64,000 nucleotides of DNA from Geosiphon pyriformis uo1. Its lineage: Eukaryota > Fungi > Glomeromycota. The DNA is taken from NCBI GenBank assembly GCA_016748015.1, contig JAAOMT010000295.1:1054001-1118000 (forward strand), given 5' to 3'. The notes under the pieces were generated by a model. The model ran no database searches and was not told the DNA's origin. It was given only the letters and a program-made list of their open reading frames with translations. A program made the position numbers and the translations under genes. Every line of letters starts with the position of its first letter. Positions within the stretch are counted from its first letter, which is position 1. Positions 40,970 to 53,913 of this stretch are shown here, piece after piece.

Positions 40970-41677
40970 TTAAGGGTACATCCATGCGGCATGATCATTC
41001 CATATTTCAGAGGAACTAAAAGTTAAAGGTTCAATCATATTAGAAATGACTGGCTGGAATGTCAAATTCGTAACCATTTCAGTTGTATAATGTTCTTCTG
41101 GTGAAGGAAAATTGAAATTTAAAGAAGTTTGTAAAATATTCTCTGAGGCTCTGTTATCAGGTCTGTTCAACAAAGAAACTTCTTGAATGGGATCAAAATG
41201 AATAAAGTCCTGTTTGCTATTTTTTTTCTTTTGTTCCTCTAACCTTCTAAATGTGAAAGTTTCATGAACTTTATTGGCAAAAAAACGAAATGAATTTTTA
41301 TAACTTTCTGATTCCTCTTCCCATGATTTAGCAATCAATTTTGAGGCAACAACCATTTTTTGACGATAACCAAATTTTTTTAACTCCCCAAGATACAATT
41401 TTCTATAGATAAGGAAAGCATTGCAAGTTTTTTTGCTTTCTTTTTTACGTGGCATGAACTCTTCAATATTCAGAGTTTCAGCTGAAGGAATTGAAATTCG
41501 AAGTGATGTTTCAATTGTTTCCTGAAATTTTTGAGAAATTTTCATCTCTTGCTTTTCCTTTCTATTTTTTCTTATACGAACGGGTGGTAACGATAGTGAA
41601 GTCTTTGATCCCCAATTTGATTTAGCGTTGTTGGATAATGTTTCTGACGAAAATTTTTGATTTGAGAAATTTTCCAT
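40970..41677 (-). CDS. HMG-box (MATA_HMG-like) transcription factor, intronless, 235 aa
   Basis: KKTCNAFLIYRKLYLGELKKFG..QKMVVASKLIAKSWEEESESYKNSFRFFANKV matches the HMG box. ATG verified at 41677. Confidence 0.9.
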   Translation of the reverse strand: MENFSNQKFSSETLSNNAKSNWGSKTSLSLPPVRIRKNRKEKQEMKISQKFQETIETSLRISIPSAETLNIEEFMPRKKESKKTCNAFLIYRKLYLGELKKFGYRQKMVVASKLIAKSWEEESESYKNSFRFFANKVHETFTFRRLEEQKKKNSKQDFIHFDPIQEVSLLNRPDNRASENILQTSLNFNFPSPEEHYTTEMVTNLTFQPVISNMIEPLTFSSSEIWNDHAAWMYP

Positions 41678-44209
41678 TGTAATTCAGTATAATTTTTGTT
41701 GAAATTTTAGCAATCCTATTTATAATGCTTGTGTGTGGTGTTTAAATTCCGAAATTTTAATTTTTAATTCAACAAAATAGTCAATGACTTTTGTTTACAA
41801 TACTTTACAATTCATTCTGAATTATAACCAAAATGATTTATCCCTATATAATTTGTGAAAATGAGAAGCGAATGAAAAATTTCTCAATTCTACTTTAAAA
41901 TTTTCTAAATTTTAATCTCTCCAAAACTTTGAATTAATTAATTGATTGATTGATTTTATCAAGGTTTTTATGCCAAGATTTTTTCTTAATATGTAATTTA
42001 TCACTGGGTTGTAACAAATTTATGGAGAAGAAATTCCAGTTTTAGATATTCTATTTTAAGATAATATTGTATTGATTTCAAAGATTTAATGATGTAAATT
42101 TCAAACAAACCTCATTATAAATAGAACAACAACTAATCCTAATCCTAATAATATTATTATTATTATTGTTGTTGTTGTTGTTTTGTTTTTTAAAAAAAAT
42201 TAATTGATTTTAATTTTGGAAAAAACCTAGATATTTTTCAAAGTTCCTGAAACAATGTAAGAAAAATCATTTCCCTAATAAAATCTTTTCTTTCTAGATA
42301 ATTTTACATTTTAAAATGAAAATTACTTTTTGAGAATTACCCTAAATCCGAATACAAATATGCAAGGGAAATAATTGAAAACTCCTATTTTTTGCAAGAA
42401 AGAAAGTTTTTTTTTACCAATTAAATTTCATCTCCCTTTCTTATACCCGTTTCAGGAACCTTTGTTGAAATTCATTCTCACAAAGATCTCATCCGAATTC
42501 TATAAAAAGTAATCAAGGCTGTTTCTCAGCCACAATTAAATCACATACGATTTTAGGAAACATGTCATTCCCTGCAAATCTGAATAAAAGTTAGAATTTA
42601 TCTTTTCATATGAAGTGATTGATTTCGAGATAGTTGTTCTTATAAGTACTTTAGTTTCTAGATTTAAATACTCAAGATTTTAGCATTTTTCTATATTATA
42701 AAATTTGTTTCCAACTTTATAGTTTATTTTTATTTAGTGTGACAATAAATATTATGATAAAGACTAAATTCCAGTCAAGAATTTCTAATGATTTCGGGTA
42801 AGAAAGTTTAAATTTTTGTTTTCCTTTATGATTCCAAAAGTTCTTTTCGACTCTCAATAGAAAATTACAGTTGGTAAAAGCACATATAATTTGGTTTAAT
42901 AGCAAAAAGCTCCTTTAAAGATTGAATTACAACTTTTGTGCCTCTGCTGTAAAATCTTGGAATCAAAGTTAAAATTATTTATATTTCAATAAATCATTTT
43001 TTAAATAAATTATAAGATCAGTTGTCAATAACCTTTTAGTTAATTTTATCCCTCCTAAAGAAATAACAAAAATTATAAACTGATTCAAAGATGATTTTTA
43101 CAGCTTTGGGAAAAGCTCTTTATATACAAAATAAAGAGAGACATTAATTAGATCAATAATTAGGCCAAAAAACAGGTCAGTAACTTATAATTGTAAGAAT
43201 AATTTTTGATATTTATTATAAGCTTCGATAATCATTTGAACTAGTTAACTTCCAAAGACAAGGTTCTTGATTAAAAAAAAAGAATATAGATTTTGAAATT
43301 ATAAAAATCATCTTGAGCCATTGAAATATTCATGGAGATTTAAAGTGAATTTATAGTTAAAATAGTAGAAATTTCATCAGACTTTCACACTTCTTTAGCT
43401 TTTCAAATACATAAATAGTATAGTCAACCCTAGATATTTATACAAATATAATTCATTTATAAACTTTGAAACATAAGTACATGTACTTAAAACTCACATT
43501 ATTGAAAAGAAGACCTCATCAAGTTTATCAAATTATTGTCAATTTTTGCCTCCTTGAAAGAGGCTATGCCTAAGCTTGATAAATTTTTTGTCAAAGAAAA
43601 TTTCTGTTCATCTGCTAAAATGCAATAATGTTTGTTTTAAATATCTTTTTCAAACATTAAAGAACTGTAAAATTTTTTTATTTATTCCGAAAATTTCAGT
43701 GATTGACAAACTAATAAAGCGTCGAATTCCAATTTTTTTCTTTTAAATTATTAAAGCTGTAAAAGGTCTTCATATGAATCTCAAACCAACTATTAATTGA
43801 AATGTATCTTTCTGAAGGTTTTTAAGAATTAATAACACGTGATAATGAATTTTTAACTCAATAATTTAAGATTGATTGTTAAATTATTATTTTTTAACAA
43901 TTAAACATAAAGACTGTTAGGATAATATTTCGGTATCTTTTTCGAAGAAATAGCTTTGTTTTTTTGCCCATACAAATAAACCATTTCTTCTAGAATACAT
44001 TGTGTATATTTCAATAGAAATATTTATTCCTTCATCATTTTGGAATTTTTTTTACTTTTGAATGGAATTTGAATATTTTCCGGATTGGATTAATCAAATA
44101 AAATTTCTTTTATATTGGTTTATTTTTAAAGCTCCAGTATCTTCTTTATTTTCAAATATCCATCTTTGTAAAGAGTGTATGAATACAAACCCTTTTTTTG
44201 ATTAAAAAT

Positions 44210-44316
44210 TCGAGACATTTAGAATTTTAATATCCATTTTATATATAATGTAGTAAGAAAAAAGTCGAGATATTTAGAATATTAATATCCATTTTTTATA
44301 TAATGTAAGAAAAAAT
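44210..44316. repeat. Tandem duplication of ~55 bp (TCGAGAYATTTAGAAT.TTAATATCCATTTT...)
   Basis: Two adjacent near-identical copies starting at about 44210 and 44265. Confidence 0.8.
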
Positions 44317-44613
44317 TGGCATTTATACTTAATTTGATTAGTCCTAAAGTCTTTTCTTTGAAATTGGTAAAAAAGAGCGTAACGCTGAAAAAAGGGAAAA
44401 TTGTTATTATTTCAACTCAAACCAATATTAAAAACAATTTACTTTAAATAATTAAAACAATCATCCTTTTAGTATGTACAACTCCTAAATTTGAATTTTA
44501 TGTTAAAGGGGAGTAAATGAATGGTCAAAACATTTTGAAACTTAACGGTTCAATAATCAACTTTTTATAATTTATAAAATGAAATTTTTATTTAAAATTT
44601 TACATTCAAATTA

Positions 44614-46106
44614 TTAGATAGAATTGTATTTTTGAATTCCGGTTTCTTCAAATCCTTCACATTCCCCCATTAAAGTACCAAAATAAGGTCCTTGATGTAT
44701 AAAACTATCTGGAAGATTAGAAGAACTTTCGGCAGCATTACACTTCTATTGGTTAAATAAATAAACATGAACAAATATTAGATATAGAAATATTTGAATA
44801 TTTCATTTCATTTCAGAAAAACTTACTGGATTTTCACCGAGCCTTAAGAATGAAGGGATTAAGAAATTGAAAATTTTATTTATTTTTCCTTTACATAAAT
44901 AATACTCCAACTCAATTTCATCATTCGCATCAATGCAATCACAATTATTGTCAGTTGGCTTTATCCATATCTCAGTCTGAGGATGTTCCATAATTGCTAA
45001 AGGATTAAAAGATTTTCGGGCAGGAAATTGAGGAAAATAGTCATTTCCATAGGTCACTCGATTTGTATCGCCAACTTTAAGGTTGACAAATTGTGCGAAT
45101 TTTCGATTTCCGACTCTTGGGGCGCCAAATGTTATTAGACGAAGTCCAATATCCTCATAATTACGCGAATGAAAGTCTATTTCTTTATGAATGCTCCATA
45201 ATGCGCTTGCTAATGTTGCGTATGCTAATATAAAAAATTATTTAATTTACATGCTAGCTAACTTTCTGAAATCAAAATTTTCAAAAATTTAAATTTAATA
45301 TACAAACCACCACCAACAGCATGCCCAATAAAATAAATTTTAGAAATGAAAAGTTCTTTGCGCTGCTCATGCATATTACGTGAAATTTCTTGGTTAATCA
45401 ATGGCCACATTTTCTTAACATCATCAAACCATTCTTTATCCACCAATACAAAAGGTTTTTGTTTTTGTCCCGGATACTTGAATGGAACAAGCTCTGGCTT
45501 TCTTGAAACCAATTCTGCCTTTGTCAATCTCTGAATTATTTTGTTAAAATGCAAGTAAGTTAGTGAGAATCATAAATATTCCTAGTTCGAAAGATTGTTT
45601 TACCTTTCCTTTAAAATATATCACAATTTTTGAAGAAGAAAATCGAGAACCCGATCCCGATACATAAAGTCCTCCATTGGCTTCGGATGAAAAAAGTTAG
45701 GATCAAACGACGAATAGATTGATTCAGGTAATATTATAGATCATTTTTTACCTACTATATCTCTTTTTCCAACTACTCTTCCAAAAATATTTTTATATGG
45801 CATGCAGTAACCATAATTTGCTATAAATGCTAAGATTGGTAAATCTGCAAGTAAAAGGTTAGAAGATGAGATTTTTGTTTTTGATGAATCAAAAGGAAGA
45901 ATCGACCTCTTTGAATCGGAATTTTTTTTTTTGCCAATGGAATAAATAATTCCTTTTGAAGAATTTTGATGAATAGCTGAATTCTGCTGGGTATTTACTG
46001 AAGGAACGTATTTTTCATTTGACATCAAAGCTTCAATATGTTTAGGGTCGATAAAAGTCAATACAAAAAATGGTAGAAACAATATTGTCCCAATCAAAAG
46101 TTTCAT
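44614..46106 (-). CDS. Secreted class-3 lipase homologue with GHAVGG in place of GHSxGG, 5 exons, ~394 aa
   Basis: Exons 46106-45752, 45680-45604, 45530-45308, 45224-44827, 44745-44614; all GT-AG and in frame. Signal peptide MKLLIGTILFLPFFVLTF; motifs IVIYFKG, YFIGHAVGGAYATLA, LITFGAPRVGNRKFAQFV, RVTYGNDYFPQFP, HPQTEIWI, GENPKCN, HQGPYFG. Confidence 0.9.
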
Positions 46107-46434
46107 TTTGTCTTCAGAAAGAAATATTTATTAATTGATTAGTACAATGTAATTTTTTGCGGGAATTTATCCTAATGGTGTGTATATTATCTCTTTTAAA
46201 TACATGGATTTTGTTTGTTTATTTGCATATTAAAAATTCGGATCGTTAAAAAGAATATATAAATATTGATGAATATCAATAAAATAAAAAGATGACTTTT
46301 TCAAAAACTTTTTATTTGATATTCACTTGGAGTATTCATCTCTATTGATTTCATAAACTATGGAAAGTTTCACAAAAAAAATGTTTTATCTATAATACTT
46401 TTACTTTAGAATAATGGGTGGAATATATAAAAAT

Positions 46435-46560
46435 TAAATAAAATAAATACTTTTATTAATGTTTTTTTTTTGACTTTATAAAAATAAAATACTTTAATAA
46501 GTTGATTTTTTTTAACTTTATAAAAATAAAATACTTTAATAAGTTGATTTTTTTTAATAA
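46435..46560. repeat. AT-rich ~41-bp tandem repeat, about 3 copies
   Basis: Unit ATAAAAATAAAATACTTTAATAAGTTGATTTTTTTTAACTTT visible repeatedly. Confidence 0.75.
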
Positions 46561-46962
46561 AATTATTTATATTTTGTTTTGAAAAAAAAAAGTTTAATAA
46601 TTAAAATAATAATAATAATAAACATTAATTTTAATCAATAGTTTTTAATTAAAAAAAATGGTTTTTTTTTATAATTTTTAAACAAAAGAAATTTTTTATA
46701 AAATAAAAATTGTTTTTATTTCTTATCTCTGAAATTTTTTAACATAAGAACAATAATAAATAATAATTTTTTTTTTAAAATATATACATACAAAACAACT
46801 TTTTACTAAAGAAATTTTAATGAATTTTATCGAATAAATTATGCCTATAATAAAATTCATTTTTTTTAATGAAAAATCTTTTAAATCTTTATCGTAAATT
46901 AATTACGAAGAATGGTTGAGCTTCTATTTATTATTATTATTATTTTTTATAATAATATTTTA

Positions 46963-46998
<36 letters not shown>

Positions 46999-48043
46999 TA
47001 TATTTTCTATTATATGAGCTCTATTTCTTTGTATCGTGTTATTATTTTTTACTTAATAATTATATTTCTAATATTTGTCTATAAAATATAAAATACATTT
47101 TACATAATTAAACAAAACTATATGTTTAATATTTTAATCAATTGCAAAATTTTAGTAAATTGCTACAAAAAATTTAATTCCTGTTTCGGCTTTTTTGTAC
47201 TATACAATAATAATAATATTTTACAATAATATTTTAATTATTATTATTATTATTGCTGATGTTTTTGTTTTTAACATAATATTTATTCAGATAAAAAATT
47301 AAACACACGCAATTTAAAACAATAAAAAAGTATAAATAATATTAACAATCAAATTATTAATCTAAATATTAATTTTTTATTTTTAAAGATTGCTTCATGT
47401 AAAGTCATTCGAATTTAAAAAATTATATTTTTTAAAATGTTGGTGTTTCTAAAAACTTTAATTAAATAAAATTTTTCTTTTATTCAATCAGGTTTTTATT
47501 CTGCAAGTTGTTTTTCAAAGAAAATTTTCAAAGCATAAATTGAGATATAAAAAAATATAAATGTTTATTATATATTGATTTTTTCATTTTTTCATTTTAT
47601 TATAAAGCTCTCAAAATTATTCAAATTATTGCATATTTTTGAAGCTTTTCCAAAGACAATTAATTTTAACCTATCAAATATACATCAAGTTTTAAAAAAG
47701 ACAAAAAATCACCCTTTCACTTAATTTGATTTATGGTTTGACCGCGTTAAAAACCTTTAAACTCCCCCACTGAGGAAACTTTAGCAGCCATTAATTGTGA
47801 TTATCCTAAAAAATTATGAAAATCATACCAATCAATATACTAGTTTAAAATTTTATTTTTAATTTTGATTATTATAAATTAAGTTCAAACTTTGAAAAAT
47901 TTGCCGAATATCCATTGCTTCTAAATGAGCATTCCAAGCCGTAAAGCACCATGTTTAGCATTCGAATAGGTAAAATTTGGTGGGAAACAGTAGCCGATTT
48001 TGTTATTGCCAATCTTTCCTGATATGGGAGCCTGCTTAGTAGA

Positions 48044-49371
48044 TCACTCAAGACCCTTGAGCACGTAATAATAAAATTCGGGGAATGGTTTTTCCATACG
48101 CCCTTCCAATTTCTGCAACTGGTTATCGCGCAAGTGGGTACAAGCAATAAAGTACAATTCCTCAATTTGAGATAATATTTCGATTCCAACTGACCAGGGA
48201 AATTCACTGAAATCGCATTGTGTATAGCCGACACGCTTCAGTGAATTGGCACGAGGGCGTAGGGCATGGTGCATTTGAGCGAATGTTTCACCACATGCAT
48301 TTTCAATAATGAAATCGCGAAGGAAACGACCTTGCACCTTTATACATTCAACGACCAATTTACCTAAATCTGAGGTATCGGCTTGGGACCCACCACCGTT
48401 GAAGACGACAGCAAGACGTACAAGGCTTTGTTGATATTTTGCAACTGATTCCAATATCTTGTCAGCCATGTAATCTTGATGTGTGATAACTCCATCGTAC
48501 CATTTTGCATTAAGAGCATCACAATCAATATTGAACCATTTAATATTGCTACTTCGTTCAACAAACATTTTGAAAAGCATAGCGCTAACAACTGTCGCTT
48601 CATACTTTCGAGCATTTTCTTTTGTTGTTTCAGCTTCAGTTTCGTTGTCTGCATGGGAATCAGTCTCGGTTTCACCTTCAGTTTCACCGGTCTTTTCCTT
48701 TTTTACCTCAGATCTTGGCAATTTTTCATACCAACTATTAACTGATTCAATGATGTTTTTTTCCTCTAAGACAGTGATATAATCAGTATAATCTATTGAA
48801 GGACGTGGATGATATGGAATATCGGGATTGCGTCTGGCAAGGAAGTCCTTATCGTGATCTGAAAGGCATCCAATAAATGTATCAACCAATTTAACTCGAT
48901 TCTCTGGTTGTTGGCACATAAGGAACGGATTTGTCCATAGTAGAGGCAATGCATGTTGACACCAAGTGCGATTGACAAATAGCAAGTTATGTAGAATTTC
49001 TTGCTCGTCTATGGTAGATACATCCAAATTGATTAGTTTTTATTATTACTTGTGCGACTAGGATTTTTCTTTTTTAAAAATAAAAGTATTTCTCTATAAT
49101 AATGCTACGAATAATAGTTGTAAGCTCACAATAAGATGAGCATGTTTTATGATGCTGGCCACAGGCAACAAATAGAAACATTTGGAAAAAGAAACTAATA
49201 ACTTTGAACGCAACTTAAAACAAGAAAGCTTCAACCAATCAACTCAACGAACACAGGTTGGGTAATAATGATTCAGTTTTCAAGCTCGAGGTCTTAAACT
49301 TACGTACCTAATTCACCAACGAAATGTCTCAAAATTTCCGGTAGAATATCAATCGGGAGTTGAGGAGGCAT
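48044..49371 (-). CDS. F-box protein with RNI/LRR-like C-terminal region, 2 exons, ~342 aa
   Basis: Exon 1 49371-49308 (MPPQLPIDILPEILRHFVGEL, F-box start) splices in phase through a 299-bp GT-AG intron with a CTAAT branch site to exon 2 49008-48044 (DEQEILHNLLFVNRTWCQHALPLLWTNPF). The track ORF misses exon 1. Confidence 0.85.
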
Positions 49372-51349
49372 ATTGTTTCTATTTGGAAAAAACCTCGTAG
49401 TCGTTACTGCTGATGGAAGAAGTTGAAGCCGAGAAAGTGCCAGTCACTTATTCTTTATCGAGGCAAGTTCATCATTATTATTGGTTATCCAGTAGATCTA
49501 TTACCTAATTCAAAAAGCTCAACCTGATCGTTGGCTATCTTGATGTGTGCTAAGCCCATTCCACTACTTAAAAGAGAAAACTTTGGTTAATAGAAATAGG
49601 GACTTTTAACAATATATTACATTGTTTGATTTTACATAAGAAGCAAAGGATAAAAAGTAAAATCATCAAAGTTTCATATTTATTATATATTTAAGATAAA
49701 ACAGTAGAGACACAAATTGGTTATTTACTTTTTTTCTGGGTTAATATTAATTTTTGTTTTCATAGTTTCGATCGACACTAATAATATAATCTTTACACAG
49801 AAAATAAAGGGTCGAGCCTTTAAATATGAAAGTTTTACGTTTTAAAATGAAGAAAAATATGATGATAAAACATTTATTGAATTAATAATCATACTAATTT
49901 CTATTAAGCCATATTAAATAAATTTTTAAAAAGTTTTCTTTCAATTTCATCTTTTTAAAATCATAAATTTAGAAACACTTTATTTTTAATGATTTATAGA
50001 TCGAATGAATTATTGTATTGTATATTTCAGTTTTAAAGTTGAAAAATTTATAAACATGTATTCTAATTTTTAATAATTAGAAACTAATATAGCATGATTT
50101 TTAATTCTATAAGAAAATTTTCAATCCGACTATTTTTGAAAGAGTTTTTCTAATTAAGTTTATATGACTTATATTTATTCAAATTTTAATCATTAATCTA
50201 AATTATAATTATATAAAGAGCTCATTTTTATTTTATAATGATAAATTTCTGGTAAAAAGAGATTTTCAAATCATAATAATTAAAATATTTATTAATCTAC
50301 ATGGTTTAATTAAATAAGCGAATTTTACTTCAAAAATAAAAGACTTTTTATGTTTTTATTGTTAGATTACAAACCATTTTCCGCAGATTTAAAATTTTGG
50401 CAAAAGGCAATTAATAAGTTTAGGTTAGTATTAAAAAAAAATTGGATTTATTGTGTTCAGAATTGTTTTGAATTATGTATTTAATGTTTTGGCTAATTAA
50501 AACTTGATATAACCAGAAATAATAATCTGGCTGTTAATGCAAATAATAATTTTGTTTACCTTTAAATATGAATTAAATTTAAAGTTACCAGCTAAACTAA
50601 CACTTTTTAATGCTATTTAATGCTCTAATAATTTAATCAATTTTTTTTTTAAATACAATTAATAAGTGAATTGTTTTAAATAATGGTTTTTAAGTTTCAT
50701 TTCATAATAATTTTTTAATCAAAAAACAAATGTGCTTCTCATAGTTGTCGACCTTATCAAAAAATTTTAACCTCCTCCATTTATGAAAATAGCTTTCGTC
50801 TTCCAATATGTTGTTCAAAACAATTCAGAATTACTTTTTTTGTGACAAGTCACATGAAGCCCTTATATTTTGGCTAAAGGTTTCAAGGTAACGCAATCAC
50901 AGTAATCACTAGGATTATTTTTGGTCTATAAAATTTTCTTTAATTTGCCTCGGGAACCATTTTTTTATTTAACAAAAATTCTAAGATTCTTGGGACATGC
51001 GAGATGTAAAATGAAGATAAACTTTTTAAAAACTAATTCGCTTGAAGAATTTAAAAAGCTAATAAAATATGAAAACAAGATAAAAAAATGAAAGGATAAC
51101 AAAGAGTTTCCAAACAGCAGTTTTATCTTCAACAAATTAAGCCCATTTATTTTTCAACTCAAAGTAAATTTTATTTTAAGCAACAGTTATATGTGAATGT
51201 TAATCGCATTTTTTCGATCTCAAAAAATTATCCCCATGGATTAAAATCAAATTTTCTGTGCCTGCAAATTTTATTTTGACAATCTTTTTTTAATATACAG
51301 TTTGTACAAAATCTAATTTTGCTAACCCAATTAAATAAAATAATTTCAA

Positions 51350-53913
51350 CTATCCCTCAAATCCGTCGAAATACGTGATTCTCACTCGAACCTCACCAAC
51401 CTCAGCATTAACGAGATGCTCCATAAATTGTTTTGCTTTTCCATTAGCTGACTCTCCTTTTGTTTCAACCTTTACAATTTTTGTAAACGGTTTTGTGACT
51501 TCAAACATTTTTCCCTGTTTATCATCAGCTGCAAATCGCCCAATATCAAGCTGAACCTCACCAATCACTATACCCTTCTCATACAATTTCATAGCGATAT
51601 TTGACTTTTTCGGATCCCGAACATAGAATACATACTCCTGTCCAGCAATTGTATCAAGCGAATGCTTGATTACCGAATCAGAATTTTGATTTCGCTTCCC
51701 AGTTTTCAGATCAGAGAATATCGTCTTTACACATCCTCCATGAACTTCACGCTTTAAACTAATTTCTATGATTTTCACTCGTAACATTCCCATAAAGTAT
51801 GAATTTTCGGGATAAAGAATTGAATTATACCATTTTTTTACCGGTTTATCCTCAGATAAAAGAGTGGTGTTTAGTTTATGTGATGAAAACATACGTAAAA
51901 AGTATTTTGATTCTTGTCCTGGCTCAAATGTCGAAGGAATTAACACATATCTGCCTGATTTAAGCCGTAATCTTGCTGTTACTTCACGCGCATTACTGTA
52001 AGTGATTTGCCCGGCAACTTCATAAGTTGGTTGATGTATACGATATTTGCGATTTTCTTCGACTTTGAGACATATGAAACCAATAGTCAGATTTAAACCA
52101 CCTTCGAGTCGTTTTAGACGGGTGTCTTGTTGCATTAAGGCGGTTATTATTGTAGTTGGCTGGCAGAGTGTGAATGCATACTGTGGATTTTGGTAGAATG
52201 TCTCAAGAAAATTTATACAACCACCTGCTGTTGAATCTCTTTTTGACCATGCTCCCGTAAAAGATTGACTATACCATCGTGAGCCAAGCGTGAACCTTGT
52301 GGTGTTTAAATGACGTGCAATCGTGAGAGTTGAAAAGTTTGCTAAGAAATCTTCAGTCGACTAAAAAGAAAGATTGAATTGCGGTATATTCAGAGAATGA
52401 AAACAAGTTCTTTAAACAATCACTTCTAGATAATCATGCCTCTTGAAATTGTACAAACCATCCAAAAATCACCGTCATCATCCACTTTCACATTGAACTT
52501 TTTCCGTTGACTATTATTGATGGTATTCCAATTGGGCGAATCGTCTGACCATGCGCCATTCCATTCGCCCTGACCCCATGGATTATGAAGCTTTAAGAGA
52601 AGTGTTGTTTCGTTTCTACTCGGATCCGAATGTTTTAAATTTCGAATTTTTGTAATCCCATAAGCGTGCTGTGAATTAAGATAATTTTTCAAAACCTCGA
52701 ATTAAGATTGTGAGGAAAGAGAAAAGTATTCCCGAATTCCTTCAATAAAAATACACACCCCAACAATAAGTCCATTTGATAGCCTCTGTTCCAATATCTG
52801 TTCACCCTCTTGTACATTTATTGAACAACTCATTAATCCACCTTCTTTATTTGCCTTTTTTAAATGATCCATCAAGCTTTCCTCGGTCATTCCATTAATT
52901 TTTCCCTGACTATCTCGATCCAACTCGATTGTTTCTGGTACAGTACCTGTTAAATCTACCATAGCATCTGAGGCAGAACCAGCTTCAAGAGCCTCATAAC
53001 ATCCACATAGTTTGGCATAGGCTTTTTCTACAAGAGCACACCATACTTCGTTTGGATTTCGGGCATGAGCATAAATTAGATGGTTATTAACGGTGGGTAG
53101 ATAGTCGTCGACAACTACTTCAACCCATTTACCGAAACGATAAAACCTGAAACGAAATATTCCTTTATGTGGGAGTAAGGTTATTTTGTTGGTTTTTAGT
53201 TTGAAGATTAAAATACTTCAAAGAATATGAAGGAAACCAATAGAATACCTGGATGACGGTCAATGTCATTGAAAAATGAACCAGTATTCACAAATCCTGG
53301 GTCATCAGCATGAACCCAGTCCTGTAATCGCCATCTTGGTATGACTTTGTGTAAAAGTGAAGGGTGTGCTGCGAGGACTGATAATGCCGTGACAAGCCAA
53401 CAGTTTCCTACGACACTTAAGGTTGATGATAAAAGTTTAAGTTAATTAGATTAACGGCAATGAATTGCTAGGAAAATATAATATATGCGAATTCTTAAAT
53501 CGAATAAGGGAGCAAAACCCTCTTATACTGATATTTGCCCCGATTTCAGAATTTACAGTAAAATAATTTAATGGCCACCTACCCTTGCACGACTTCTGGA
53601 GTCGCCTGACCATTCTCATAGACAAATAAATGTGGCTTTTTGCAAATATCCTATTCATTTTTGAAACATCAATGTTAAGTATTACAGCTTAACCAGTTGA
53701 AGCCGAAAAGTCAAAATTTGCCCGTAGGATGTCTAAAATGATCACCTTGACCCGTTTCCATTCCACGGTTCCCTGAATGTTTAATCGATTTACTCGCCAA
53801 AGAGATTTTTCTTCTGGTGGGAAGGTATCATCATGGAAATTCTGACCAGTACTCCGACATTTCAAGGCGAGACGTTTGTAATGTTGGTTATTGAATTTTT
53901 CGTAACGTTCCAT
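51350..53913 (-). CDS. Calpain cysteine protease, CysPc + domain III + C-terminal C2-like (TRA-3/CAPN5 type), 6 exons, ~675 aa
   Basis: Exons 53913-53746, 53650-53583, 53415-53249, 53162-52759, 52668-52459, 52360-51350 sum to 2028 nt in frame. Catalytic triad intact: QGVVGNCW, GHAYGI, LHNPWG. Also WCALVEKAYAKL, AGGCINFLETFYQNPQY, GRYVLIPSTFEPG. Confidence 0.95.

Noticed and set aside
11304-41677. Canonical Mucorales-type sex locus or HD1/HD2 MAT locus
   Set aside because: No triose-phosphate transporter, RNA helicase or homeodomain gene is in the window.
47872-48978. Overlapping and antisense ORFs in the F-box gene (likewise those overlapping the SWIRM, HMG, lipase and oxidase genes)
   Set aside because: Shadow frames of real coding exons with no independent evidence.
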